Virus record (IMG/VR): IMGVR_UViG_3300021963_000021
Coordinates: 299,944 to 363,943 of that record
Direction: 5' to 3' (one strand)
Origin: a virus
Length of the DNA: 64,000 nt
The notes beneath the pieces are model-generated. The model saw only the letters and a program-made list of their open reading frames with translations. It was not told the DNA's origin and did not search any database. Within the stretch, counting starts at the first letter, position 1. Each line of letters begins with the position of its first letter. Positions 46,349 to 54,117 of the stretch are shown here, in pieces. The position numbers and the translations under genes are program-made.

Positions 46349-46917
46349 AACCAGTTTGTCACAGCCTGTTTGGCTGATTCCTGTACAGCCCAATCCCACA
46401 TGTTTTCAGGGTCTGTTTCGTAGACAAAGTCTATGCTGGGCTGTGACAGTGTCAGCCAACTGTGACTGGGCTTCCAAGGACCTTCCCCTGATAGCTCGCC
46501 TGTGAGCTGCCCTGGTGCCCATCCAGCATGTCCAAAGTAGGCCTGCCAGTATTCGGGCTGTTCACCAGTCATCATGTATTCAAACATCTTGACATCTGAA
46601 GTCAAACCCAAACGTCCGTCAATGACCTGTGTTTTGTTGGTCTGCCAGTCTAGACTGTGTAGTAGGAACACCACGTGAGGCTGTACAGGTCCACCCCAAT
46701 AGAGCTGATGCTCTGCGATGTTGTCAGTCATGCCATCTACTAGACTGCCCACACAGTGTTCTGAGGGTCTGTTTAGCACTATGCCCATGCTGCCCTGATT
46801 GTCACTGTGATCTGTGAGCATGACCACAGTCTTGTGAAATCTAGTGTCTTTGTTAGTTGGGGGTGCGATCAAACAATCGCCAGGTTTGAGTTGTTGTGTT
46901 TTAATCATTAAGACCAA
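46345..46917 (-). CDS. YqgE/AlgH-family (UPF0301) protein
   Basis: 190 aa. DCLIAPPTNKDTRFHKTVVMLTDHSDNQGSMGIVLNRP matches the AlgH/YqgE N-terminal signature (..GAMGxIxNRP). Confidence 0.55.
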   Translation of the reverse strand: MVLMIKTQQLKPGDCLIAPPTNKDTRFHKTVVMLTDHSDNQGSMGIVLNRPSEHCVGSLVDGMTDNIAEHQLYWGGPVQPHVVFLLHSLDWQTNKTQVIDGRLGLTSDVKMFEYMMTGEQPEYWQAYFGHAGWAPGQLTGELSGEGPWKPSHSWLTLSQPSIDFVYETDPENMWDWAVQESAKQAVTNWF

Positions 46918-47150
46918 TCTGGTAGGGGACCACCATACTTTTTGCCCTTGATTCGCTTGCCGCGAACCTTGATGCGATCACTGCCGATCTTGTGACTCTT
47001 GCCACCCTCACGACTGCGATAGCCCTGACTCTTACAGCTAGCTAGGTTACTGGCACCCAGAGCTGAGTCAGGCTTGCCCGAAGTGCACAGAGCACGACTG
47101 GCCTTTTCTTCATCTACTGTGAGATCTTGTATGACTTCTGATATACGCAT
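46908..47150 (-). CDS. hypothetical basic protein
   Basis: 80 aa, Lys/Arg/Gly-rich. Confidence 0.3.
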   Translation of the reverse strand: MRISEVIQDLTVDEEKASRALCTSGKPDSALGASNLASCKSQGYRSREGGKSHKIGSDRIKVRGKRIKGKKYGGPLPDWS

Positions 47151-47161
47151 ACAGTTATTTA

Positions 47162-47386
47162 TTAGCCCACAGCAGTTGCGGCCACACTGACCGCAGCCAC
47201 GACCAATCGCATGGCTGTTTCGTTGCCAGCCAGTCGTTCAGCAGCCACAACATCACGCAGTTCTGTGAGTAGATATTCATACTCTGATCTGCTGATCTCT
47301 TTGGCTAGAAAAGTCTGTGTTATCTGATCTAACTGCTCAGCTATGTGTGCGTCAGCTTCTCTTAGTTCTTGGAATACATCTGTCAT
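47162..47386 (-). CDS. hypothetical protein
   Basis: 74-aa ORF. Confidence 0.3.
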   Translation of the reverse strand: MTDVFQELREADAHIAEQLDQITQTFLAKEISRSEYEYLLTELRDVVAAERLAGNETAMRLVVAAVSVAATAVG

Positions 47387-47387
47387 G

Positions 47388-47759
47388 TTATCGCCCCTCC
47401 CAGGCTGATCTAGCAGCAGCTAGTCTTGCTTCTGCGGTTTTTATGCCCAGCTTACAGAACGCTGGTTTAGTAGCAGGTTCACTCATCTTTTGCGCATGTT
47501 CGTAGAGGCCCCGCATGTTCTTGCTCTGTGGATCTCTACGGAACTCTGTGTAGTCAGCCAATCGTTGACTGTGATCAGCTACCCTGGCCCAGCCTGTGTC
47601 TTTACCGTCACAGTTGACACGACCCAGGGCTATGCGGGTGTCAACCCACAGTTCAACCATCACAGGGTCATGTGCTCGGGGCCATACTTCACGTACACGA
47701 TCTATGACAGCACAGCCCGAGACAGTGGCTGCTAACAACACTAGAGCTATGATTCTCAC
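47388..47759 (-). CDS. lipoprotein, candidate o-spanin
   Basis: 123 aa. Lipobox LLAATVSGC. Overlaps the upstream signal-anchored ORF by 4 nt. Confidence 0.35.
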   Translation of the reverse strand: MRIIALVLLAATVSGCAVIDRVREVWPRAHDPVMVELWVDTRIALGRVNCDGKDTGWARVADHSQRLADYTEFRRDPQSKNMRGLYEHAQKMSEPATKPAFCKLGIKTAEARLAAARSAWEGR

Positions 47760-48004
47760 TTCTTAGCTGCCTTGTCTGCAGGTTTCTTACATTTGGCTAG
47801 CGTGGGATCTGCTCGACACTCTGCTTGCCGTTTACTGAGACTGTTGTTTTTCCATTTAGGATCGTTCTTGGGTTTAGCAGCAGCTTTCTTGTTATCGTCG
47901 GCTTTCTTAGCAGCTTCTTTCTTTTGCTGAGGTGCTTTATCTAATGCGAAACTTGGTGTAACTACCGCAACTGCGACGAGGGCAGCTAGTATATATTTGA
48001 TCAT
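47756..48004 (-). CDS. signal-anchored Lys/Ala-rich periplasmic protein, candidate i-spanin
   Basis: 82 aa. N-terminal hydrophobic segment MIKYILAALVAVAVVTPSFAL followed by a charged AAKK-rich region. Confidence 0.3.
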   Translation of the reverse strand: MIKYILAALVAVAVVTPSFALDKAPQQKKEAAKKADDNKKAAAKPKNDPKWKNNSLSKRQAECRADPTLAKCKKPADKAAKK

Positions 48005-48043
48005 TGGTATATCTCCATAAACAGCAACAGTGCTGTTGAGTAT

Positions 48044-48394
48044 TTAACCTGATCCTGCCCACTTAAGGAGAAATAGGCATTGATCCTGATCCCAACGAAA
48101 AGCCACAGCCATTTCCCAACTAGCATTAGCATTAGCCCATGCCCAACGTGTCCAATGATCGCCTATATTACTATTAAGCCACGACTCCATATGACTAACA
48201 CTGCTGACCCAATCCAATTGATCCTGACCTAGATTGGGCCAAGGTAAACGTGCTATGTGTGCGAAGTCGTGCCATTCCGGCAGGTAGAATGATCTCATGA
48301 TAATATTTACTGTTTGGACGAGGATCAAGAGTCCATGGCTGCTCGAAGAGCAGCGCGAAGCGCAATTTTTAGCAAAAATTCTCAGCTTGACCAA
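48044..48394 (-). CDS. hypothetical Trp-rich protein
   Basis: 116-aa ORF. Confidence 0.3.
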   Translation of the reverse strand: MVKLRIFAKNCASRCSSSSHGLLILVQTVNIIMRSFYLPEWHDFAHIARLPWPNLGQDQLDWVSSVSHMESWLNSNIGDHWTRWAWANANASWEMAVAFRWDQDQCLFLLKWAGSG

Positions 48395-48416
48395 TACTGT
48401 ATTTCCAGTGTATAAT
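48387..48416 (+). promoter_or_regulatory. sigma70-like promoter (TTGACC-18-TATAAT), ATG 6 nt downstream
   Basis: TTGACCaatactgtatttccagtgTATAATaagctaATG. Suggests a leaderless transcript. Confidence 0.45.
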
Positions 48417-48422
48417 AAGCTA

Positions 48423-48743
48423 ATGAAAAGACCTCGCAGATGGCTGGAAGCACGTCAAACACTCACAGGTAAAACACACTGGCATTTGACTGATCACGCA
48501 CATAAGATGTTGACCTACTGGTGTTTGGGTTTAGCTGCTGTGTTCTTTACCATAAGTGTCACATGGGCTGTGGTCAGCTGTGCAGTATTCAAAGACTGCG
48601 GAGTGGGTCAAAGACAACCCGTTAAACCTGCTGCTGACACAGATCCTCACATTCGACAATGGCAGCGTCAGCAACAGCAGATCGAACAGTTCCGTGAGCA
48701 ACTGCGTAAGCAACAACAGCAACAACAACAAGAAAAGCAGTAA
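48423..48743 (+). CDS. hypothetical protein with Gln-rich C-terminus
   Basis: ~106 aa from the ATG (MKRPRRWLEARQ...). Ends QQQQQQQEKQ, encoded by a CAA/CAG repeat. Confidence 0.35.
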   Translation: MKRPRRWLEARQTLTGKTHWHLTDHAHKMLTYWCLGLAAVFFTISVTWAVVSCAVFKDCGVGQRQPVKPAADTDPHIRQWQRQQQQIEQFREQLRKQQQQQQQEKQ

Positions 48744-48788
48744 ATATCACAGACACTGGGAACAAGATCTCCGAGTGGGGAGCGAACA

Positions 48789-48989
48789 ATGACCTATAGA
48801 GATTACATACGCACAGAGCTGTTAGAACGAGCAGCTAAAAGATACCCTAATAACACACGACTACAGATGCTGTATCAAATTGGATTCTTACAAGCACAGC
48901 TGGCTGAGGCAATTAGAGCTGACAACTATAATTACTATAGATTTAAACAAGCATTGGCTCGATCTGAACACTGGGAGCGGGAACTATGA
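48789..48989 (+). CDS. hypothetical protein
   Basis: 66-aa ORF. Confidence 0.3.
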   Translation: MTYRDYIRTELLERAAKRYPNNTRLQMLYQIGFLQAQLAEAIRADNYNYYRFKQALARSEHWEREL

Positions 48990-49053
48990 ACACGTTATTA
49001 GCTATAGTGGAAGATGACTTATACTACGTGATACTGCTATTAACAGTCTCCGT

Positions 49054-49260
49054 GTGGAGTTTCTTCGCGGGCATGTCGTTAGGCTGGCTTTGGTGTATAT
49101 TACTATGACAGTGCTATGGCTATTAGTGGTATACACACTACAGGGTGAACCTAGAGTACTGGCAGCTTATACAGATCGCAGCTACTGCGAATCGCAGGCA
49201 CAACAATGGATTGATCAGGGCAGTCACGCAGAATGCCGCAGTAAACTCACTCAGAGCTAA
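49054..49260 (+). CDS. hypothetical membrane protein
   Basis: 68-aa ORF with one hydrophobic helix. An alternative 40-aa frame starts at 48978, so the call is uncertain. Confidence 0.25.
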   Translation: MEFLRGHVVRLALVYITMTVLWLLVVYTLQGEPRVLAAYTDRSYCESQAQQWIDQGSHAECRSKLTQS

Positions 49261-49261
49261 A

Positions 49262-49272
49262 GGCCCCGCTGC
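49262..49272 (+). repeat. GGCCCCGCTGC 11-mer copy 1
   Basis: Exact 11-mer immediately after the TAA stop of the previous gene. Confidence 0.6.
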
Positions 49273-49470
49273 AGCATATAGCCGGGGAGTCTAGGGTGGG
49301 AGATCATTTTGGACTGTTGAGAGAGTATTTTTACTAAGCCTCACATACCACACTCTTTTGAATCGTTTTACCACAGTGATCACTGCCCCGACCACAGTCT
49401 TTTGAACCATAAACCACCATTTACCACCGTAGGCCAGTAAATCTGATCCTTAAAACGGTTCTCTCACAGT

Positions 49471-49481
49471 GGCCCCGCTGC
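49471..49481 (+). repeat. GGCCCCGCTGC 11-mer copy 2
   Basis: Exact copy 8 nt upstream of the -35 at 49489. Confidence 0.6.
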
Positions 49482-49488
49482 GACTGAA

Positions 49489-49517
49489 TTGACATTTGTC
49501 TAGAATGATCGTATAAT
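49489..49517 (+). promoter_or_regulatory. sigma70-consensus promoter
   Basis: TTGACAtttgtctagaatgatcgTATAAT. Confidence 0.65.
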
Positions 49518-49548
49518 ATATGTACATTAACACTCAGTGAGACACACG

Positions 49549-49710
49549 ATGACGAGACTTATACTACTAGCACTCTTAGCTACACAGCTGGCAGCATGTA
49601 TGACACCTTTGACTGTGGCAAAGCAGCATCGTGCGCCATGGGACCCGGATCCCAGCGAAGGTGGTTCACTGTTGAATCAGCGTAGACCTACCTGTAACGG
49701 TCACTGCTGA
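49549..49710 (+). CDS. hypothetical small lipoprotein-like protein (53 aa)
   Basis: MTRLILLALLATQLAACMTPL... Not in the ORF track. Confidence 0.3.
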   Translation: MTRLILLALLATQLAACMTPLTVAKQHRAPWDPDPSEGGSLLNQRRPTCNGHC

Positions 49711-49729
49711 TCTCTGCATGCAGTAGAAA

Positions 49730-49740
49730 GGCCCCGCTGC
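49730..49740 (+). repeat. GGCCCCGCTGC 11-mer copy 3
   Basis: Exact copy 14 nt upstream of the 49754 ATG. Confidence 0.6.
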
Positions 49741-49753
49741 TAGGACGTAGACT

Positions 49754-50014
49754 ATGACATTACCCGACGAAAGATATCGTGCTGTATCGCAGACTCGCAG
49801 GTTTCTTCTGGATCTCTGTAACCCTGAACACACGCCCAGAGTGCCTAGGCTGGTAAGGGAAACTGCTCGCAGCATGTTGAGACACTATCCCTCTGACTGG
49901 GAACTAGATCAGCTAGCTGCTGCTGCGCCTGAGCTTTTACAGCAGCGTATGGAACCTTTGTATAGGATGATCAAGCAATATGAACTGGACTCTGACCACA
50001 CAGATCCCACATAA
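49754..50014 (+). CDS. hypothetical protein
   Basis: 86-aa ORF overlapping the TilS-like start. Confidence 0.3.
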   Translation: MTLPDERYRAVSQTRRFLLDLCNPEHTPRVPRLVRETARSMLRHYPSDWELDQLAAAAPELLQQRMEPLYRMIKQYELDSDHTDPT

Positions 50015-50612
50015 GTGCGTCGTAGCTGTGTCGGGCGGTGCGGACAGCATGGCTCTGTTACACTTTGCTGCGCAGGACTCACGTAGGGAAGTCACTGCTG
50101 CTGTATACGATCACGGCACGGGTGCTCACACTAGTGCGTTTCCACTAGTAGAGGCCCTGTGTGATCGACTAGGGATTGATGTTGTAACTGCCCGGCTAGC
50201 AGCTGAGAGATCACGTGGGCAATCTAGGGAAGATCACTGGCGCCAGCAACGTTACAGATGGTTGCGCACATTGGGTCAGCCGGTGTTAACTGCTCACAAT
50301 CTAGATGATGTCGCTGAGACCTGGCTGTGGAGCACGTTACATGGTCAGCCCACATTAATGCCAGCAGAGAACCAGGCGGTGCTGCGTCCACTGTTGGCGG
50401 TCCGGCATGCGGAGCTGGCTAAGTACTGTGAGCAGCATTCAATTGACTACTGGCTGGACCCTGCGAACACAGATCACGATCAGTTCGCGAGACCCCGTGT
50501 ACGATATGTGCTCAAGCCCGCAGCAGAGTACGTCCACCCAGGATTTTTCACTGTCTTGCGCAAAAAACTGTTGACACGTCGGCAGTTAGATCATATACTA
50601 GAACACTGTTAA
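49980..50612 (+). CDS. tilS: tRNA(Ile)-lysidine synthetase-like PP-loop ATPase (catalytic domain only)
   Basis: 210 aa. PP-loop VAVSGGADSMALLH, LTAHNLDDVAETWLW (TilS HhLDDqaET motif) and YWLDPANTDHDQFARPRVR (TilS DPSN..F.RNR motif). Lacks the long C-terminal domain of E. coli TilS. Confidence 0.65.
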   Translation: MNWTLTTQIPHKCVVAVSGGADSMALLHFAAQDSRREVTAAVYDHGTGAHTSAFPLVEALCDRLGIDVVTARLAAERSRGQSREDHWRQQRYRWLRTLGQPVLTAHNLDDVAETWLWSTLHGQPTLMPAENQAVLRPLLAVRHAELAKYCEQHSIDYWLDPANTDHDQFARPRVRYVLKPAAEYVHPGFFTVLRKKLLTRRQLDHILEHC

Positions 50613-50620
50613 GAGATAAC

Positions 50621-50697
50621 GCCCCTATAGCTCAATAGGTAAGAGCACCCGACTCATAATCGGTAGGTTCCTGGTTCAAATCCAGGTGGGGGCACCA
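50621..50697 (+). tRNA. tRNA-Ile2-like (anticodon CAU, lysidine-type)
   Basis: 77 nt with encoded CCA. The anticodon arm CCCGA-CUCAUAA-UCGGU and the overall sequence closely resemble E. coli ileX tRNA-Ile(LAU); they are unlike initiator or elongator Met tRNAs. Lies immediately downstream of the TilS-like gene. Confidence 0.7.
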
Positions 50698-50700
50698 AAT

Positions 50701-50784
50701 GCCCGCGTGGTGGAAGTGGTAGACACAAGAGACTTAAAATCTCTCGCTTATGGCGTGCCGGTTCGAGTCCGGCCGCGGGCACCA
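50701..50784 (+). tRNA. tRNA-Leu (anticodon UAA)
   Basis: 84 nt with long variable arm, anticodon loop CUUAAAA and encoded CCA. Near-identical architecture to bacterial tRNA-Leu(UAA). Confidence 0.85.
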
Positions 50785-50873
50785 TTGACGAGTTGGAGTG
50801 CCTAGGCATTGACCCTGGAGCCGTTAGGGTCTTTGTTTCTGTGCTATAATACGTTTTTTAACTAGGAGCGAGT

Positions 50874-51056
50874 ATGAAGATGGTTTTTGTAGTACAAGCA
50901 CAGGGATTCGGAGACGACGAAGCTGCCTTTGAGAACATTGCTGCTTTCACTCGTAGACCACTGGCCCAGCAGTATGTTGCTGATCTCCAGGAGCAGGATC
51001 TAGTGGACGACATGGAGCATGTGTACAGAGTAGAAGAAATAACCCTACAGGCCTAA
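50874..51056 (+). CDS. hypothetical early protein
   Basis: 60 aa, RBS AGGAGCGAGTATG. Confidence 0.35.
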   Translation: MKMVFVVQAQGFGDDEAAFENIAAFTRRPLAQQYVADLQEQDLVDDMEHVYRVEEITLQA

Positions 51057-51075
51057 GGGCTTGCGAAAATAGGGG

Positions 51076-51103
51076 TTGACAAACTCTACAGACGTGCTAT
51101 AAT
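51076..51103 (+). promoter_or_regulatory. sigma70-consensus early promoter
   Basis: TTGACAaactctacagacgtgcTATAAT, followed by a CA-rich leader and RBS AGGAGCGCACTATG. Confidence 0.7.
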
Positions 51104-51134
51104 ACACACTCAACAACACACACAGGAGCGCACT

Positions 51135-51488
51135 ATGCAAGAAGATCAGAAGCAGTATTTTGTCCGTCGTCTCAACGAGATCGCACGTGAAAAGATCAAC
51201 GCTAAGGCTGTAGCATTGTTTGGACCCGCAGGACGTCCAGAGCAACCCACTTGGGGCCAGGTCTTTGCTGCGATCAAAGCAGGCGAGATCACCCTGCGCG
51301 AAGACAAGGTGGACTACACCGGCGCTTACCTTAACCCCTCTGATGTCGTGTGGCCTGCTATGGAAGCAAAGAAAGCAGAGCTCGCAGACTATCGCAAGAC
51401 CGTAGAAGCAGAACGTCAGCGTGCAGAAGATTCTGTGATGTTGGACGCAGACGCACAACAAGCCCTGACTGCTTTCCAGGGTATTTAA
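51135..51488 (+). CDS. hypothetical early protein
   Basis: 117-aa ORF. Confidence 0.4.
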   Translation: MQEDQKQYFVRRLNEIAREKINAKAVALFGPAGRPEQPTWGQVFAAIKAGEITLREDKVDYTGAYLNPSDVVWPAMEAKKAELADYRKTVEAERQRAEDSVMLDADAQQALTAFQGI

Positions 51489-51495
51489 CGAGTGG

Positions 51496-51524
51496 TTGAC
51501 AGGGCCTTCGGGCCCTGTTATAAT
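51496..51524 (+). promoter_or_regulatory. sigma70-consensus early promoter
   Basis: TTGACAgggccttcgggccctgtTATAAT with a hairpin in the spacer. Confidence 0.7.
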
Positions 51525-51553
51525 ATGGCTATATTAACACTAAGGAGCGAGCT

Positions 51554-51985
51554 ATGGGTACACGTTGTTTGACTTTTGTCTACGAGGGCGCGACGCCTGT
51601 GGTCAATCTCTATCGTCAGTACGATGGTTACCCTGAGGGTCACGGTCGCGAGCTGGCTCTGCTGCTGACCCGCGGTGAATTGATCAATGGGCTCACAGGT
51701 GAAGATCGCCCCGCATTCAACGGCATGGGCTGCTTGGCTGCGCAGGTCGTAGCACACTTCAAACAGAGTGTGGGTGGCTTCTATATCTACTCTGTAGAGC
51801 AGACTGACTGCGGTCAGGACTACGAGTATCACGTCTATGAGCAGGAGCAGCAGCTGATGGTCCGTGTGGTGAACCGTGGCTGCAACATGTTTGGGCTCAC
51901 TATGAGCGATACCAACACGGTGATCTTTGAGGGCACAGCACAAGAGTTCTATAGTTACTGTGAACCCAAAAAACAATCTGCATAG
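51554..51985 (+). CDS. hypothetical early protein
   Basis: 143 aa, RBS TAAGGAGCGAGCTATG. Confidence 0.4.
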   Translation: MGTRCLTFVYEGATPVVNLYRQYDGYPEGHGRELALLLTRGELINGLTGEDRPAFNGMGCLAAQVVAHFKQSVGGFYIYSVEQTDCGQDYEYHVYEQEQQLMVRVVNRGCNMFGLTMSDTNTVIFEGTAQEFYSYCEPKKQSA

Positions 51986-51988
51986 GGG

Positions 51989-52017
51989 TTGACAAACGGT
52001 CAGCGACGTGCTATAAT
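51989..52017 (+). promoter_or_regulatory. sigma70-consensus early promoter
   Basis: TTGACAaacggtcagcgacgtgcTATAAT. Confidence 0.7.
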
Positions 52018-52047
52018 ACATTTTTTAACACACATAGGAGCGAACTT

Positions 52048-53118
52048 ATGCCAGCAATCATCGAACTTCGTAGCGGTACGTACCGTATCCGTGGGCAGGA
52101 AACGTCCATGGCGGGCTTCCGTTTCGAGCTCGTAGAAGGTTTCAAAGAGGGTGCCCAAGGGGGCTTTGTTACTGTTAACGGTGGTTCAGTACAGCCCGCA
52201 AACGCAGGTATCCCAGATCGAAGCATCCGTATCCGTTGCGCATCAGCTCAGGACTATGTTGTGGTCACGGGTACTGCTCCAGCAACTCCAGCAGGCGATA
52301 AGAGCCTAGAGCAGATCAAAGTCTCGGACGCTGTGGTAGCACATGAGACTGACGAAGAGATCATCGAACGACTGCGTGGCCGTTTCGAAGTACTCAAGGA
52401 CATGACCAAAGCTGTGAAAGAGGGTACAGTACGTGCCATGATCGTCACAGGCCCTCCAGGTGTGGGCAAATCCTTTGGCGTAGAAGAAGTACTCAGCAAG
52501 GATGATCTGTTCGATACCCTGGGCCAGCGCAAGCCCAAATACGAGATCGTCAAGGGCGCAATGTCAGCCGTGGGTTTGTACAGCAAGCTCTATCACTACA
52601 GCGAGAAAGGCAATGTTATCGTGTTCGATGACTGCGACTCTGTGCTGTTAGACGATCTGTCGCTGAACATCCTTAAGGCTGCTTTGGATAGCTCTAAGAA
52701 GCGTACCATCTCGTGGAACACGGACTCACGTGTACTGCGTTCAGAGGGTGTGCCGGACAAGTTCGAGTTCAAGGCGGGTGCCATCTTTATCACCAACATC
52801 AAGTTCGAGAATGTACGCTCTAAGAAGCTACAGGATCACTTGGCTGCTTTGGAATCACGTTGCCACTACATCGACCTCCAGATGGACACAGACCGTGAAA
52901 AGGTACTGCGCATCAAGCAGATCACCACAGACGGCATGTTGGACAGCTACGAGTTCGAAGACTGCGTCAAGGACGAGATCACAGACTACATCGTCGAGAA
53001 TCGTGCTAAGATGCGTGAGCTGAGCCTGCGTACTGTACTGAAAGTCGCTGACCTGCGCAAGAGCTTTCCTACAACTTGGAAGAGCATGGCTGAAGTAACT
53101 GTCATGAAGCGAGGTTAA
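52048..53118 (+). CDS. P-loop AAA-type ATPase
   Basis: 356 aa. Walker A GPPGVGKS, Walker B VIVFDDCDS, sensor-like IFITN. N-terminal ~110-aa domain unassigned. Confidence 0.5.
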   Translation: MPAIIELRSGTYRIRGQETSMAGFRFELVEGFKEGAQGGFVTVNGGSVQPANAGIPDRSIRIRCASAQDYVVVTGTAPATPAGDKSLEQIKVSDAVVAHETDEEIIERLRGRFEVLKDMTKAVKEGTVRAMIVTGPPGVGKSFGVEEVLSKDDLFDTLGQRKPKYEIVKGAMSAVGLYSKLYHYSEKGNVIVFDDCDSVLLDDLSLNILKAALDSSKKRTISWNTDSRVLRSEGVPDKFEFKAGAIFITNIKFENVRSKKLQDHLAALESRCHYIDLQMDTDREKVLRIKQITTDGMLDSYEFEDCVKDEITDYIVENRAKMRELSLRTVLKVADLRKSFPTTWKSMAEVTVMKRG

Positions 53119-53119
53119 T

Positions 53120-53362
53120 ATGATAGACGGACCCAGCAGGACATGTACGTGGATTGGGCCCGATCAGGACCCACTGATCCATCACCCGATCCACTACTGT
53201 GGGGCGCCCAGCGTCCAGGGCAAGAGCTACTGCCATGAGCACTACCAGCGAGTCTACATTGGCGGCACAGCTCTAACAGGCAAGAAGAAGCTGAAGAATC
53301 TTCTTAAAGAAATCGACAGGGCTCACGATCGTGACCCTGAACTGGAGATGGTAAATGAATAA
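53120..53362 (+). CDS. hypothetical Cys/His-rich protein
   Basis: 80 aa. C..W....HYCG...SYCHEHY looks like a metal-binding cluster. Confidence 0.3.
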   Translation: MIDGPSRTCTWIGPDQDPLIHHPIHYCGAPSVQGKSYCHEHYQRVYIGGTALTGKKKLKNLLKEIDRAHDRDPELEMVNE

Positions 53363-53552
53363 AGGTTTGGTTGCGTTGTTCTTGATCATAGCCCTGGTTG
53401 TGGCCGTGATCGTGGGTCCGATCTTAACGATTTGGGCATTGAACCAGCTGTTCCCTGTGTTGGCTATTCCCTACACGGTTTGGAACTGGTTGGCTGTTGT
53501 GATCATCGGTGCGTTCATCCGCGCTAAGGTCAGCATCAGCAAAAATGGTTAA
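53355..53552 (+). CDS. hypothetical small membrane protein
   Basis: 65 aa with two TM helices. Confidence 0.35.
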   Translation: MNKGLVALFLIIALVVAVIVGPILTIWALNQLFPVLAIPYTVWNWLAVVIIGAFIRAKVSISKNG

Positions 53553-53558
53553 CCTCAG

Positions 53559-53587
53559 GGTTGACTTTGTGATAGTAAGGTAGTAAA
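53559..53587 (+). promoter_or_regulatory. weaker sigma70-like promoter (TTGACT-17-TAAACT)
   Basis: Upstream of the 53643 ORF. Confidence 0.4.
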
Positions 53588-53642
53588 CTGTATAAACGCT
53601 GAAGACATTCAGCCATTTAACTTAAATGAAAGGTACACACAC

Positions 53643-53918
53643 ATGAAGTATTTGTTCTCGAAGGACTCTAAGACGTTCAAGATCCAGTCAGCTCTTAAGG
53701 CTGGTGAAACTCTAACCCAAGCACAGGCTACTAAGCGTTTCGGCGTTAAGAACCTGTCAGCAGAAGTAAGCCGCATTCGTCAGAACGGCTATGCTGTCTA
53801 CAGCAACACTCGTGTCGCTGGCAATGGTGTTAAGGTTACTGAGTACGCTATCGGTACACCGTCACGTGAAATCGTTGCTCTTGGCTATGCAGCTAAGGCA
53901 ATGGGCATGACTGTTTAA
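53643..53918 (+). CDS. small DNA-binding-like protein (possible HTH)
   Basis: 91 aa. LTQAQATKRFGVKNLSAEVSRIRQNGYAV resembles a helix-turn-helix. Followed by CGCTCCCGG and a terminator. Confidence 0.3.
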   Translation: MKYLFSKDSKTFKIQSALKAGETLTQAQATKRFGVKNLSAEVSRIRQNGYAVYSNTRVAGNGVKVTEYAIGTPSREIVALGYAAKAMGMTV

Positions 53919-53980
53919 TCACAGTCTGTACTAGTTCAAACAACTGATCCGATTCGCTCCCGGGGATGCTGTTTGGGGAA

Positions 53981-54005
53981 GGGCCTTTAGGGCCCTTTCT
54001 TTTTG
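53981..54005 (+). terminator. rho-independent terminator
   Basis: GGGCC-TTTA-GGGCCC followed by TTTCTTTTT. Confidence 0.55.
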
Positions 54006-54058
54006 GCCCTGGTGGCACTCCGCTCAGTCACTGTGGCAAAAATACAACAGATATTTTG

Positions 54059-54087
54059 GTTGACAGCCCTGAGTAAATACCGTATAA
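54059..54087 (+). promoter_or_regulatory. sigma70-consensus early promoter
   Basis: TTGACAgccctgagtaaataccgTATAAT. Confidence 0.7.
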
Positions 54088-54117
54088 TAGAGGCATAGTT
54101 AAACAAAGGAGCGAACT

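Noticed and set aside
48640-48743. CAA/CAG trinucleotide repeat (caacagcagatcgaacag...caacaacagcaacaacaacaagaa)
   Set aside because: It encodes the poly-Gln C-terminus of the 48423..48743 ORF. It is a simple coding microsatellite and is not a mobile element or regulatory repeat.
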